Below the pieces are notes generated by a model. It saw only the letters and a list, made by a program, of their open reading frames with translations. It was not told where the DNA came from and did not search any database. A stretch of DNA of 63,030 bases, filler included, from Chrysochromulina tobinii (Eukaryota), in NCBI GenBank assembly GCA_001275005.1. It is 6 parts of 6 records of this genome, joined end to end, with 100 filler letters (N's around TTAATTAATTAA, not from the genome) between each part and the next. Parts side by side here need not be neighbours in the genome. Positions count along the whole stretch, not along the records: positions 1 to 16,086 come from JWZX01000401.1; positions 16,187 to 33,752 come from JWZX01000402.1; 4 more parts are not named here. One strand, written 5' to 3'. The first letter of the stretch is position 1. Every line of letters begins with the position of its first letter. The translations under genes and the position numbers were made by a program. Below, piece after piece: positions 9,627 through 20,144 of this stretch.

Positions 9627-12600
9627 ATGGCTACCGCCACAATCGCCGAGGCGCCGCTCCTGCGGCCCTCGAGCGAGGAGTGGGCCGATCCGATCACGTA
9701 CATGAAGCGCGTGCAGCCAATTGTTGAACAGTGAGCGGCCTTCGCACCCTTTTCATCACCATGTGTCAGATGGGCACTATGCCGCTCACCCCTCGCTCGC
9801 CTTGCCTCACACAGGTACGGCATAGCGCGCATCGCGCCGCCACCAGACTGGAACGTGCCGTTTGCCATCAACGCAAGCGCGCTGCGGCTCCGGCCGACGA
9901 CGCAACGATTGAGCGAGATGCTTGAGCACGATGTCTGCCACGCACGATTCATGACGAGCCTGCGCGAGTACCTCGACAGCATTGGAGCGCCGCTGCGCAA
10001 GGCGCCCGTGCTTGCTGGCCGCGAGATCGACCTCTATCAGCTGTACGAGGCGGTCAAAAGCATGGGCGGCTATCATGCGGTGACTCAGGATAAGAGGTGG
10101 GCAGATGTAGGCCAAGTGCTGAAGGTGAAGGAGGCGTCGCACGCAGCATACGCGCTGCGCCAAAACTACCAGAAGCTGCTGTTGCAGTTCGAGCTCGCGC
10201 AGCGCGCTGGCGCGGACGGCACGGGAGGCGCGGCGTCGCCAATCGGCAGCAGCGTGGGTGGAGGCCCAGGCGGCAGCCTGCCCTTGCCCGAGGTCGCGGC
10301 CGTCCTCGCCACTGAGGCCGAAGCCATGAGCGCGGCTACTGCTGCGGACTCCGCCTGGAGCGAGGATGGTGGAGGCGGCGGCCCGGGCAACGGGGGGGCG
10401 AGCAGCCTGGGGAGTGCTGGCTGCGCGTCTGGCATGATGCCTGCCTCGTGCGGCTCGCTCGCGCTGCGGCTGCAGGATATCGAGGAACGGATCCCTTGGG
10501 GAGCGCTGCGAGCCGCGGAGGGGCAGTGGGATTGGGAAGTGCTGCGCCCAGCGTGGCTGCTGCTGCTGACGGAGGGGCCGCCGCGCGTGCGCACAGTGGC
10601 GCAGGCCCTGTGCACTCTCGAGGAGGTGCTTGGCGATAAGGTGCTCGTCGAGGGGTGGGCGAACCGCCTTCGTGCCGCTTGGCATAGCCGGCTGATGGCT
10701 GCGGCGACCCCCACGCACCTCGGCGACTGCCTGCTTGAGCTCGAGAGGTCTATCCGATGGGCTGACTTCGACGACCGGTACGAGGAGCTGCGCGGCGTTG
10801 AGGGAGTGCCCTCGCATTCAGAGGCGCGCAAGCCGGGTCGCCCTGCGAAGCGCGGTCGCTACAGCGGCGGGACGGGCGGTAAGCAGGCGAAGCGGCCGCG
10901 CAAGGGCGGCGGCGATGACGGTGACAAGGAGGCCGAGGGTGCGGAGGAGGACGAGGACGAGGACGAGGACGAAGATGACGACCTGACTGCCGCGGAGTGC
11001 GCCGCTGCCGCCGCCGTCGCTTCGAAACCGAAGGTCGGTGCAGCGTCCATGGGCGGCCGCGAGGGCAAGGGCCACTTGACGTCCAAGGGAGGGAGCAGCG
11101 GTGGGGGCGGCACCGGTGGTGAGGGCAAGGACAGCCACCTCATGTCCAATGGAGGTGGTCGCGGTGGGGGCGGCACTGGTGGTGACGCCGGTGGCGTCAA
11201 CGCCGGTGGCGCCCCAGTCAGCGAGGAGGAGGGCGGCGATCCTATGGTCCAGGACGGCGAGGGCGAGGAGGAGGAGGCAGTGGCGGAGGCGCCGCCGCCG
11301 CCAACGGAAGCGGAGCAGAAGGAGGCGGCGGAGGCGGAGGCGGCCAAGGAGGCGGCAAAGGAGGCGAAGGAGGCAGAGGAGGCGGAGGAGGCGGAGAAGG
11401 CGGAGGAAGCGGAGGAGGCGGAGGAGGCCATGGCGGAGCGGGCAGCGGCGCGACGCACGCGAGGAGGCGCGCTGTCCCACCGGCCGGGCGGCGCCGTCGC
11501 AAGCGGCGGCGGCGCGGAGGGCGGCGGAGGGGACGAGGACGAGGGCGAGGATGAGGCGGGCAAACGCGAGGCGGGCAAGCGCGACGGCGCGGAGGAGGCA
11601 GCCAAGGAGGAGGGTGCCATCTCGTCGCTCTGCACCCTGGATGGCTTCCGTGCGGCCGCCGTCGCGTACAAGGCGACCTTCTTCGCGGGCGAAAAGGGCG
11701 CGACTATCGGCGGCAAGGGCGGCGCCGCTGTCACCTCGCGAGGTGCGGCGAGGCCTCGAGCGGGGGCGGCGCTCCATGCCGCCGAGATAACGGTCGCGCC
11801 CTCCCGTGTCGAGGCAGAGTTTTGGTCGCTCGTCTGTCGCTCCGACCGCGGCGGCGGCGGCGCGGCGGCCGTGACGACCGAGCGCCCCGAGCGCCCCGAG
11901 CGCGCGCGTGATGAGGGAGGCCATCAACGGTCATCAGGCGCAATCGAGCACTCCGAACGAGCGCGTGATCACGACACTACCCACGCGGCGGTCGCGTACC
12001 TCGTCGAGGAGAGGAGCGTCGCCGGCGCCGGCGTCCAGCGTCCGGCGGGCATGTCGGCGGCCTCGGGCTTCGTGTGCGCGAGCGACCCTGGCGCCGAGCT
12101 CGAGGGTGCGCACGCTTCCTCGCCCTGGAACCTGCGCAACCTGCCTGGGCTGCCGAGCTGCCTCACCTCCCACCTCCTCGGCAAGGACGCCCCTCCCGCC
12201 AAGGCGCTCGCTGAGCCTCTGCTGCGGTTCGCCATGCTCTTCGCGAGCGACGGGTGGCGCACGTCGCGTCATTTTTGGGCGGAGCTCACCTATCTGCACC
12301 AGGGCGCGCCCATCTCGTGGCTGGGCGTGGCGGCCGAGGACGCACGGGCCCTCGAGCGCCTCTGCGCGCGCGAGGTGCCAGGAGGCGAGCTGCGACTCAC
12401 CGAGACCTCCGCGGTGCTCCCCGCGCTGTTGCCGCCCTCGATCCTCCTGGGTGCACAGCTCCACGTGGCACACGCGGTGCAGCAGCCCGGCGAGTTCGTG
12501 CTCGCCCTGCCGCGCGCCTATCACGCGACCATCGCCCACGGCTTCGCGTGCTACGAGACCGTTCCATTTGGCAGCGTGGACTGGCTGCCATATGGGGCCG

Positions 12601-15438
12601 CCGCGGCCGCGCTGCACGCGGCGGCGCGCACAGCGCCGCTCATCGGCTTTGAGACTCTCGTACTGCGTGCCGTTGAGCGCGACTCGTCGGTGAGCGTCGC
12701 CGAAGCGCTACTGCCTCAAGTGGAGCGTCTGATCGCTCGCTATGCCGCCAAGCTTGCGGCCCTTCGTGAGCTCGGCCTCGCCGACGCAGCCGACGCAACG
12801 GACGTGGCCGACGTGGCCGGCGTCGACGCGGCGTCGCCGCCGGCACCCGCGGCCGGCGACGAGGCCACATCTGCTGCGGAGGTGGTGGCAGCGGGCGAGG
12901 CTGCGGTGGTCCGGGCCGCGGCGATGGCGGCGGCGGTGACGAGCAGCGCCCTGGGCGAGGCGCCCGCGTGCTGCGTGTGCGCGCAGCCATGCGCCCTCGC
13001 CCTCGTCACCTGCCCGTGCCGCCCCAGCGAGGCGAGGGACACCTTGGCCGTAGTGGCCACCGTGCGCTGTCTCGAGCACGCCCTCGAGCCCGGCGCTGTC
13101 TCGGGCGCCCTAGGTGATACGGGCAGCTCGGGGGCGCGTCTGCACGAGAGGCACGCGCGTGCAAGGCTCGTGGCCCTCCGGGCGGTGCTCCACGGTCGAC
13201 TGGCGCGGCGCACCCTGTGGCTGCGCGAGGCGGCCGAGGCGCTCGAGCGCCCAGTCGGGCAGCCGGCGGCGGCGCTGCCGGCGCTCGAGGCGCTCCTGTG
13301 TGGGGCGGAGGCGCTGCAGCTCGACCACCCGACCGCGCGTACGCTACGTTCGGTAGTCGCGCGCGGGCAGGAGTGGGAGGTGAGCGCGCGACTCCACGTG
13401 AGCTCGCGCGCCACGCACACGCCCGATGCGCTCCTCTCGCTCCTCGAGCGTGCCGACACGCTGCCGGCCTCGCTGCCCACGCGCCCCGCGCTCGAGGCGG
13501 TGCTCGATGCAGCGCGCCGCTGGCAGGTGGCCGCGGATCGGCTCCTTGAGGGCGCTCGGCCGCCACCGGAGCGTCTGTGGAACCCGAGCGCAGCGGCGGG
13601 CGAGGCGGCGATCCAAGCGCTGCTCGAGCAGCCCGAGGCGGGACAGCTGCTGCTTCCCCAAGCCGCTGAGCTCGAGCGTGAGCTGCGCCGGCGCGGCTGG
13701 CTCAGCCGGTGCGCCGGTACGCTCGCGCCCGCCAGGCATCCCGATCTCGAGGTCGTGAGCTCGGCACTCACCGACGCGCACGAGCTGCAGCTCGAGCACT
13801 TGGCCGAGGCGAGCGAGCTACGCTCCCGCTTCAATGCCGCCGCCAAGTGGGCGCAGCGCGCCAACCTCGCGCTACGCCGCCGCTCGACGCTCGTCGCGCT
13901 CGAGGCGCTGCGCGCCGAGGCGGCCGAGCTGAGCGTTGGCGTGGAGCAGCTCGCCGAGGTAGACGAGCGCATCCAGCGCGCCTCGGCGTGGGCGGCGCGT
14001 GCCAAGGCGGCGCTCAGCATGGGCGCAGCGCAGCTCGACGAGGTGCGACTGAGTGCGATTGAGTGCGACTGAGGTGCGATTGAGGTGCGATTGATTGCGA
14101 TTGAGTGCGATTGAGGTGCGATTGAGGTGCGATTGATTGCGATTGAGTGCGATTGAGGTGCGATTGAGGTGCGATTGAGTGCTGCGCAGCTCGATGAGGT
14201 GGCGCCCTCCTCGCCGAGCGCCCAGCATGCACGTGCTCACCACGGCGCACCTCTCCCCTTCCCCACAGGTGCGCGCCCTGCTTGCCGAGTCGCTCTCTCT
14301 CGAGGTGGCCGTGCCCGAGGAGGAGCCGATCGCCTCCCGGGCCAAGGCCATCGAGTGGTGGCTCAAGCGGGCCTCGAATGCCTTCCTCAAGCGCGGCACC
14401 GAGATCGCGCTGCGCGAGCTGCTTGAGCGCGCCGCCGGCCCTCCAGAACAGCGCGAGGCGATCTACGACCTCACCGCCCCAGCGGGCAGCGCCTCGTCCA
14501 CCGCCTCGTCGGGGCTCGCGTGCCTCTTCTGCACGGGGAATGACAATACCGCCACGCTCAGCCGCTTTATGATCGGCTGCGACAAGTGCGAGCGCTGGTA
14601 CCACGGCCCGTGCGTGGGCGTGGGCAAGCAGGCGGCCGACTCGCTCGATGACTACCTGTGCCCGCTCTGCACGCAGGCGGCGGGTGTGCCGTACGCCTTC
14701 GGGCCGCCGCTGCCGCTGCCGCGGCTCACGCGCCGGCCAAAGCTCAAGTATGTGGCCACGCTGCTCGCCGAGGCCGACGAGATCGGCGTCGAGACGCCAG
14801 AGGCTGAGCTCATCCGCGCCATCGTCGCGCGCGCGACCGAGTGGCAGGCGCGCGCGAACGCGCTGCTTGATGGCTCGCCCATCGCGACGTCCCCCTCCTT
14901 TGAGTGGGCGGCGACGGCGCGAGAACTCGTTCGCGAGAGTGCTGTGCTCGAGGTGGAGCCGGAGGCGGAATCGCTGCTGCTGCTCCCGCTTTCGCGCCTT
15001 GAGGACTGGGGCAACATGGCTGCCTCGCTCGGCGTGCCCGTGCAGTCGACCGATCCGGAGATCGACCTGACGGGTGCCAACGGTGCGTGGGACAATATGG
15101 AGGACGCCGCCTCGCTCGCGGCACAGGCCAGCTGGCTTCCGCTGCCCGCGGCCGACGTCCAGGCGCTCACAAGCGCCGTTGAGCACGCGTGCATGTGGCG
15201 GCAGGCAGCGCGCCAGCTCCTCATCCTTGGCGTCCAGGGCGCGAGCTCGGCCGCAGCGGCGGCCAGCGGCGGCAGGGCTCTGCTGCATCCGCCGGCGCCG
15301 TCGCTCCCCGGGGGCGGCGCGACTCTGGTCGCCGAGCTGCGCGCGCTCGACGAGGGGCGTCCTTCGCTGCATGTGCTGCCCGAGGCGGAGGAGCTGCGCC
15401 ATGCTCTCGCCCGCCACGAGCTCGTGGGCGCGCCGTAG
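9627..15438 (+). CDS. KDM5/JARID-like protein: JmjN-ARID-WHIM/WSD-like-JmjC (degenerate)-C5HC2-PLU1-like-PHD; exons 9627-9730, 9815-14042, 14269-15438 (~1833 aa)
   Basis: JmjN APLLRPSSEEWADPITYM..Q|YGIARIAPPPDW is restored by intron 9731-9814. ARID IDLYQLYEAV..GGY...WADV...LRQNYQKLL. JmjC PWNLRNLP...QQPGEFVLALPRAYH. CCVC..C..CPC..CLEH zinc finger. PHD FMIGCDKCERWYHGPCVG...YLCPLC follows intron 14043-14268. Confidence 0.88.
14043..14180 (+). repeat. Intronic minisatellite of 9-11-nt GTGCGATTGAG-type units starting at the splice donor
   Basis: Tandem gtgcgactga/gtgcgattgag/ttgcgattga units read directly. Confidence 0.9.
14221..14268 (+). mobile_element. Introner-like branch/acceptor cassette (diverged copy)
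   Basis: gcatgcacgtgctcaccacggcgcacctctccccttccccacAG resembles the copies at 41906-41954 and 44151-44199 on another contig. Confidence 0.7.
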
Positions 15439-16086
15439 GCGAGTGACGGAGGCTGTGTGTGGCAACTGTCGGATCTGGCGGGCGGCCAGAGGCCTGACTA
15501 CTTTCTGACGAGGCACATCGAGAACGGAGACCGGCACATGTGTGTGGAGTGCGATTATTGGCGCATTCAAACGACGGACCCGCGGGGGAGCGGCGGCGAG
15601 AGAGGTCGAGAGTATGAGAGACGCGAGAGAGTCATCTATACAAGAGTTCTCTGAGCGGTCAGAGCCGTTTTGTGGCATGGTCTGAGGTCTGTCACTCAGT
15701 CTCGAACTGGGATATCGTATAAATTGGCTGAGTGGACCCGTCCCACCGGGACGGCGACGGGGCAACGCGGCGGGCGGCCGCGCTGTATGTCGCTAGAAGC
15801 AGCCACACCTCTCCCGCTCTTGATCGTTTGATGGATCTTTCCGCTTACAGTTACACGATTTCACGAAAAACCGTACGCAACACGAGGGTGAGCCTGACCG
15901 TGCCAGCGAGTCCCAGCGAGGGCCAGGCGTGCGGTGGAGCGAGCACGGACGAGAGCGTTTCTGAGGTCAGGTCTAGCACCCACCACTGCGCGAAAGACAT
16001 GGTGCCACTTATCTTCGATTCCAATAGCGCGTGATTGAACGTGTGCTTGAATGACTTATATGACCGCTACAACACGTTTTGCTCAT

Positions 16087-16186
16087 NNNNNNNNNNNNNN
16101 NNNNNNNNNNNNNNNNNNNNNNNNNNNNNNTTAATTAATTAANNNNNNNNNNNNNNNNNNNNNNNNNNNNNNNNNNNNNNNNNNNN
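16087..16186. other. Artificial contig linker
   Basis: N44-TTAATTAATTAA-N44; stops in all six frames; identical at five places. Confidence 0.98.
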
Positions 16187-18156
16187 CCCGCCGCGCCCGC
16201 CGCGCCCGCCGCGCCCGCCGCGGCCGCGGCGCCGCCCTCGGCGCCCTCCTCCTCCCCCTCGTCGTCCTTGGGCGCATGCTCGCCGCAGATGCCGAGGAGG
16301 CGCTGCACCTTGAGCACATTGCCGGAGCCCGCATACGCACAAGTCTCAAGGGTGAGCGCAAGGTACTCAGCCAGCGGCTCCTCAAGCACCTTGGCGAGCT
16401 CGAGCGCGACCTCGACCGCCTGCTGCTTGCCAAGGTAGAGCAGACCGACGCCCAGGCAAATGAGGCGGGTCATCGAACTCCCCTTGAGCGTTTCCACCGG
16501 CTTCTCCATGAGCAGCGTCATCAGCGCCTGAGAAATCTCCTCGTGGCACGAGCCTGCGAAGCACAGCCCGAGCGCGAGCGCAGCGATGGCGGCCACCTCG
16601 AGGGGCGTCTCGTCGTTGACGACCACGGGCAGCAGCGCCTCGAGCACCTCGTCCTTCTTGGCACCGGCGTATGCGAGCCCAAGGCCGAAGATCGCTGCGG
16701 ACTTGATGTGCACTGGATTGGTCCCCTCAGCGTACTCCGAGAGGAGAGCCAGTGCGGGATCGCACTCATTCCGAGTGCCGCACGAGAGCACGCCAACAGC
16801 GAGCAGCGCGCCCGCCTTGATGTTCTCGTCTGTCGAGTAGAGGAACTTGTCGATCTGCGTGAGACCACCGTCGACGTCCCAGAGCAGCAGCATACCGAGC
16901 GAGGCCGCCGCCGACATCATGCCGTGCTCCTTGTTCTTGTAGAGCCACTTGTTACCCTCGGTGAGCAGCAGCTTGTCCGTGCCGAACCCGACGTTGAGCA
17001 GCGCGTTCACAAAGGTCGCTGCGAGGTTCTGGCGCGCCGAGTCCACATTCGCCGCCCCCGCGGGCCGCTTCTCGAGGTGCGACTTGTATACGTCCTCGGG
17101 CACCTTGGGCTCGATGACGTCGAGGTCGCGCGCGAGCTCGAGGTAATGCTCCGTCGTATGCGCGCCGTCCATGATGCGCGCGAGCTCGTCCTCGGCCTCG
17201 GGTCGGCTGCCGGCACGTGAGAGCATGTATGCCATCTGCTTCTGCACGAGCGGGTCCTCGCACGCGCCCAGCACCTCGGCCACGAGCTCATCCTCGCCCA
17301 GCCGGACCGCGAGCATCAGCGCCTCGGGATACCGCCCAAGCTTGCGCTGCACGTCGACAGCCACGTGAAGAACCATCGAGTCATCCGGCTCGGGGACGTA
17401 CTGCGCGAGCTGCGAGAGGTACGCGCACAACCGCTCCACATTCGTCGCGTCGCTGTACTGCACCACCTCGGCCAGCCGCCCCACCTCCATGAGCAGATCG
17501 ATGGCCTCCGCCTCCGCATTGTGTTTCATGAAGAAGGGGGTAATCTGCGCGAGGATCAGCGGCAGCAGCTCGTCCGCGGGCTTGGGTGGCGCGTCGCTCA
17601 TCACTGCGTCGCCCCCCGCTGCCGCCTTCTTGGCGGCCTCAGCCGCCGCCTCCGCCTGCGTGAGACGGTCATTGTACTCGGCGCCGATCTCTCCCGCGAG
17701 GTGGCGCACGTACTCGTGACCCCACGAGCCGAGGTCGTCGCGCGAGCCGAGCAGCTTGTAGTTCAGCGACTCGCGCACGCCGTCCTCGGCCATCGTCATC
17801 GCGAGCAGCGACAGCACGTCCGCGAGCATCGTCTTCGCGGGGCCTGGCGGCGCACTCGCATAAGTGACCTTGAGGGTGGGGTAGTGCGGCCGGAGGAACT
17901 TGAGTGGCTTGGGCACCGAAGTCATCGACGAGGTCGCGGTGCGTACCTCCTTGACCATCGTCTCGAGCGCGGTCAGCCGCAGCGCGGGCTCCGGGTCGGA
18001 GACGCGGGTCACGAGCAGCTCCATTTCCTCCTTGAGCGCCAAGTCCTCCTCGGACATGTCCTCCGCCTCCTCCTTCTTCTTCTTCTCCTCCTTGGTCAGA
18101 AGCTTGTCGTCGTCCTTGCCCTTGGGCGCCTTGGGCTTCTCAGCATTCTCCGCCAT
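16187..18156 (-). CDS. RPN1: 26S proteasome base subunit RPN1/PSMD2, 3'-truncated by contig end
   Basis: RTATSSMTSVPKPLKFLRPHY, WGHEYVRHLAGEI, FFMKHNAEAEAIDLLMEV, DSARQNLAATFVNA, WLYKNKEHGMMSAAASLG, CAYAGSGNVLKVQ. Confidence 0.96.
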
Positions 18157-18388
18157 GCTCAAAGACGAGGACCTTCGGCTTCTCGGCCGCGAGCGGCGAC
18201 AGTCACGCGCGCAGCGCGCTGGTCAGCGTTCACACTTCGTTGCCTGTCTCGAAACTTGTCTCGAAAACGCAGTCATCATCGACGGGACTGCGGCGCCAGA
18301 TGCGAGGGCGCCCACTGAATGACATCTGCAATTTTAACCATGTACGCCGTTCACGAGAACTTCGTCGCATGCGTAGCCAGCTCCCTCG

Positions 18389-19567
18389 ATGGAGGGTCTG
18401 GAGGGCGACATGAGGTCTCTTCCCACGGGCCTACGATACACGAATGCGACACACAGACGCGGCCGACGAAGCCAGCACCATGCCCTGGCATTGAGGACCG
18501 CGCGGCGCTCGTCGGCCTCCAATGCGTCGACCATGCTTGTGATGATCATCGGCTCGCTGCGCGGCGGCGATCGCACATGGCATTCTCTGCAACGCAACAT
18601 GCTCCGTCCCAACAATGCTGACCTCGCACTTCTCGTGGCGCCCGGAGCGAAGCGCACGTATCTTCACCGGATCGCTACGCACATATGGGACTCGCATGAG
18701 TTTTCGGACTGGTCGCTTGCTCTCGACGGTATCGCGGGTGAGCTCGGCCTCAACCAGACGTCCTGGCGTAAGTTTGTCACGCCGAGCGTCCGCTTGTGCT
18801 GCAAGAAGGATCGCTCGTGCTGCATGCGGCCCCAGTTCCTCGGCCCGATCCGCTGGTCGGCCACTGTCAACCTGGTCATGCGCTGGCAGCTCAAGAAGCG
18901 GCTCCTTGCCGACGAGTTGACGAGCCGCTATGAGCGCTTTGTGATCACGCGCTCGGACCAGTTCTACGCCTGCCCGCTCACGAGCGCGTCGCTTGATGCG
19001 CAGTACGTGTGGATCCCGGGGGGCGAGGACTACTACGGGGTGACCGACCGCTTCGTCATCTGCAGCCGCGCCGATGTGCTTGGGTGCCTCTCCATTGTCG
19101 ACGGCTTCCTGCATCAGCCGTGGGCGTACGATCCAACGGCGAACCCGGAGCGGTACTTCAAGCATCGGCTGATCGAGCAAGGGCTTTGGTCGCGCGTGCG
19201 CCGCTTCCCGCGCCAGATGTTCACCGCCACGGCGCCTGGCGACCAGACGCGAGGCTTTGCAGATGTGTCGAAGATGCCCGATCCCACCTGGGGCGTCCAT
19301 TTCAAATACGAACGCGAATACGTGCGTGCCAAGTGGGGATGCGGCATGTGCGCCGAGGGCAGCCGGACGCCCTTCTGCTGCGGCCACATCGGCACCGCGT
19401 GGGTGCGTGAGCTTGCCGACCGGACGGGTATTCGCACGCAAACTTGGGACGAGCAAGGACATTGCCGGATGCTCAGATGGGTCTATGTCCTCGCGGCCGT
19501 TGCGGCCGCGAGCGTTGCTGGGGTGCTTGTCGTCGTCGTCCGACGAGCTACCGTGTATTTAACATAG
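18389..19567 (+). CDS. Putative glycosyltransferase-like protein with C-terminal membrane anchor
   Basis: IIGSLRGG, YERFVITRSDQFY, WIPGGEDYYGVTDRF, NPERYFK. C-terminal hydrophobic helix WVYVLAAVAAASVAGVLVVVV. Function is inferred and the start is uncertain. Confidence 0.55.
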   Translation: MEGLEGDMRSLPTGLRYTNATHRRGRRSQHHALALRTARRSSASNASTMLVMIIGSLRGGDRTWHSLQRNMLRPNNADLALLVAPGAKRTYLHRIATHIWDSHEFSDWSLALDGIAGELGLNQTSWRKFVTPSVRLCCKKDRSCCMRPQFLGPIRWSATVNLVMRWQLKKRLLADELTSRYERFVITRSDQFYACPLTSASLDAQYVWIPGGEDYYGVTDRFVICSRADVLGCLSIVDGFLHQPWAYDPTANPERYFKHRLIEQGLWSRVRRFPRQMFTATAPGDQTRGFADVSKMPDPTWGVHFKYEREYVRAKWGCGMCAEGSRTPFCCGHIGTAWVRELADRTGIRTQTWDEQGHCRMLRWVYVLAAVAAASVAGVLVVVVRRATVYLT

Positions 19568-20144
19568 ATGCAGAGTAGCTTTGGAGTAGCAGTAGTTCTC
19601 GACTCTCTCTGTCCGCGCGCGGCGCGCAGGCGTGGAGGCGAGGTTACGTATACCGATTTTCGCCTAGGAAGCGGGGCCGCGGGGGCCGCGCGCGGGGCGC
19701 TGCGGCCAGCGCTATTTTATTTTCCTGGCCTAGCGCGCGGGGGGCATGGGGCCTCTAGAGATAATCATACAGTAGGCGGACGGGGACGGACACGTATTTC
19801 AAGCACCTAGCACGCAACAAGTTGGCACGCAACGGCTCAGCACAGCGTCGTCCTGAGCAAACCCGCAACCAGTAACTACGCCTGCATTCGCTACGGCTGC
19901 GCAAACTACGTATCAGGCGCGGGCCCGGCATGGGGCCCCGGGGAATACGCGCCCCGCGCTAAAGCCTACAAGGAATAAACGGGACGAAAAGAAGATATCA
20001 TCAGATCGCAGATGTTCGCTAGTTGAGTCGATTAGGACGGGAGGCGGAGTGGCGTTGAATCGGGTTGATCGGGTTGATTTGGCCAATTTTGGATCCCGCG
20101 ATCCAAATTTGGAACCCGCGACCGCTCGACGTCGAAATCGCCGC

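Noticed and set aside
15453..15580. CxxC...CxxC zinc-finger-like fragment downstream of the KDM5-like stop
   Set aside because: The two CxxC motifs are in different frames, short and without a supported start or splice path.
15860..16086. Possible terminal exon on the minus strand at the contig edge
   Set aside because: About 65 open codons after a TAG-type acceptor but no recognisable homology; truncated by the linker.
16131..16142. TTAATTAATTAA as a biological repeat or piggyBac-type site
   Set aside because: It is always centred in 44+44 N and stops all six frames, so it is a concatenation spacer.
8229..18156. Apparent proteasome gene cluster (RPN8 near RPN1)
   Set aside because: An artificial contig linker (16087-16186) separates them, so there is no evidence of linkage.
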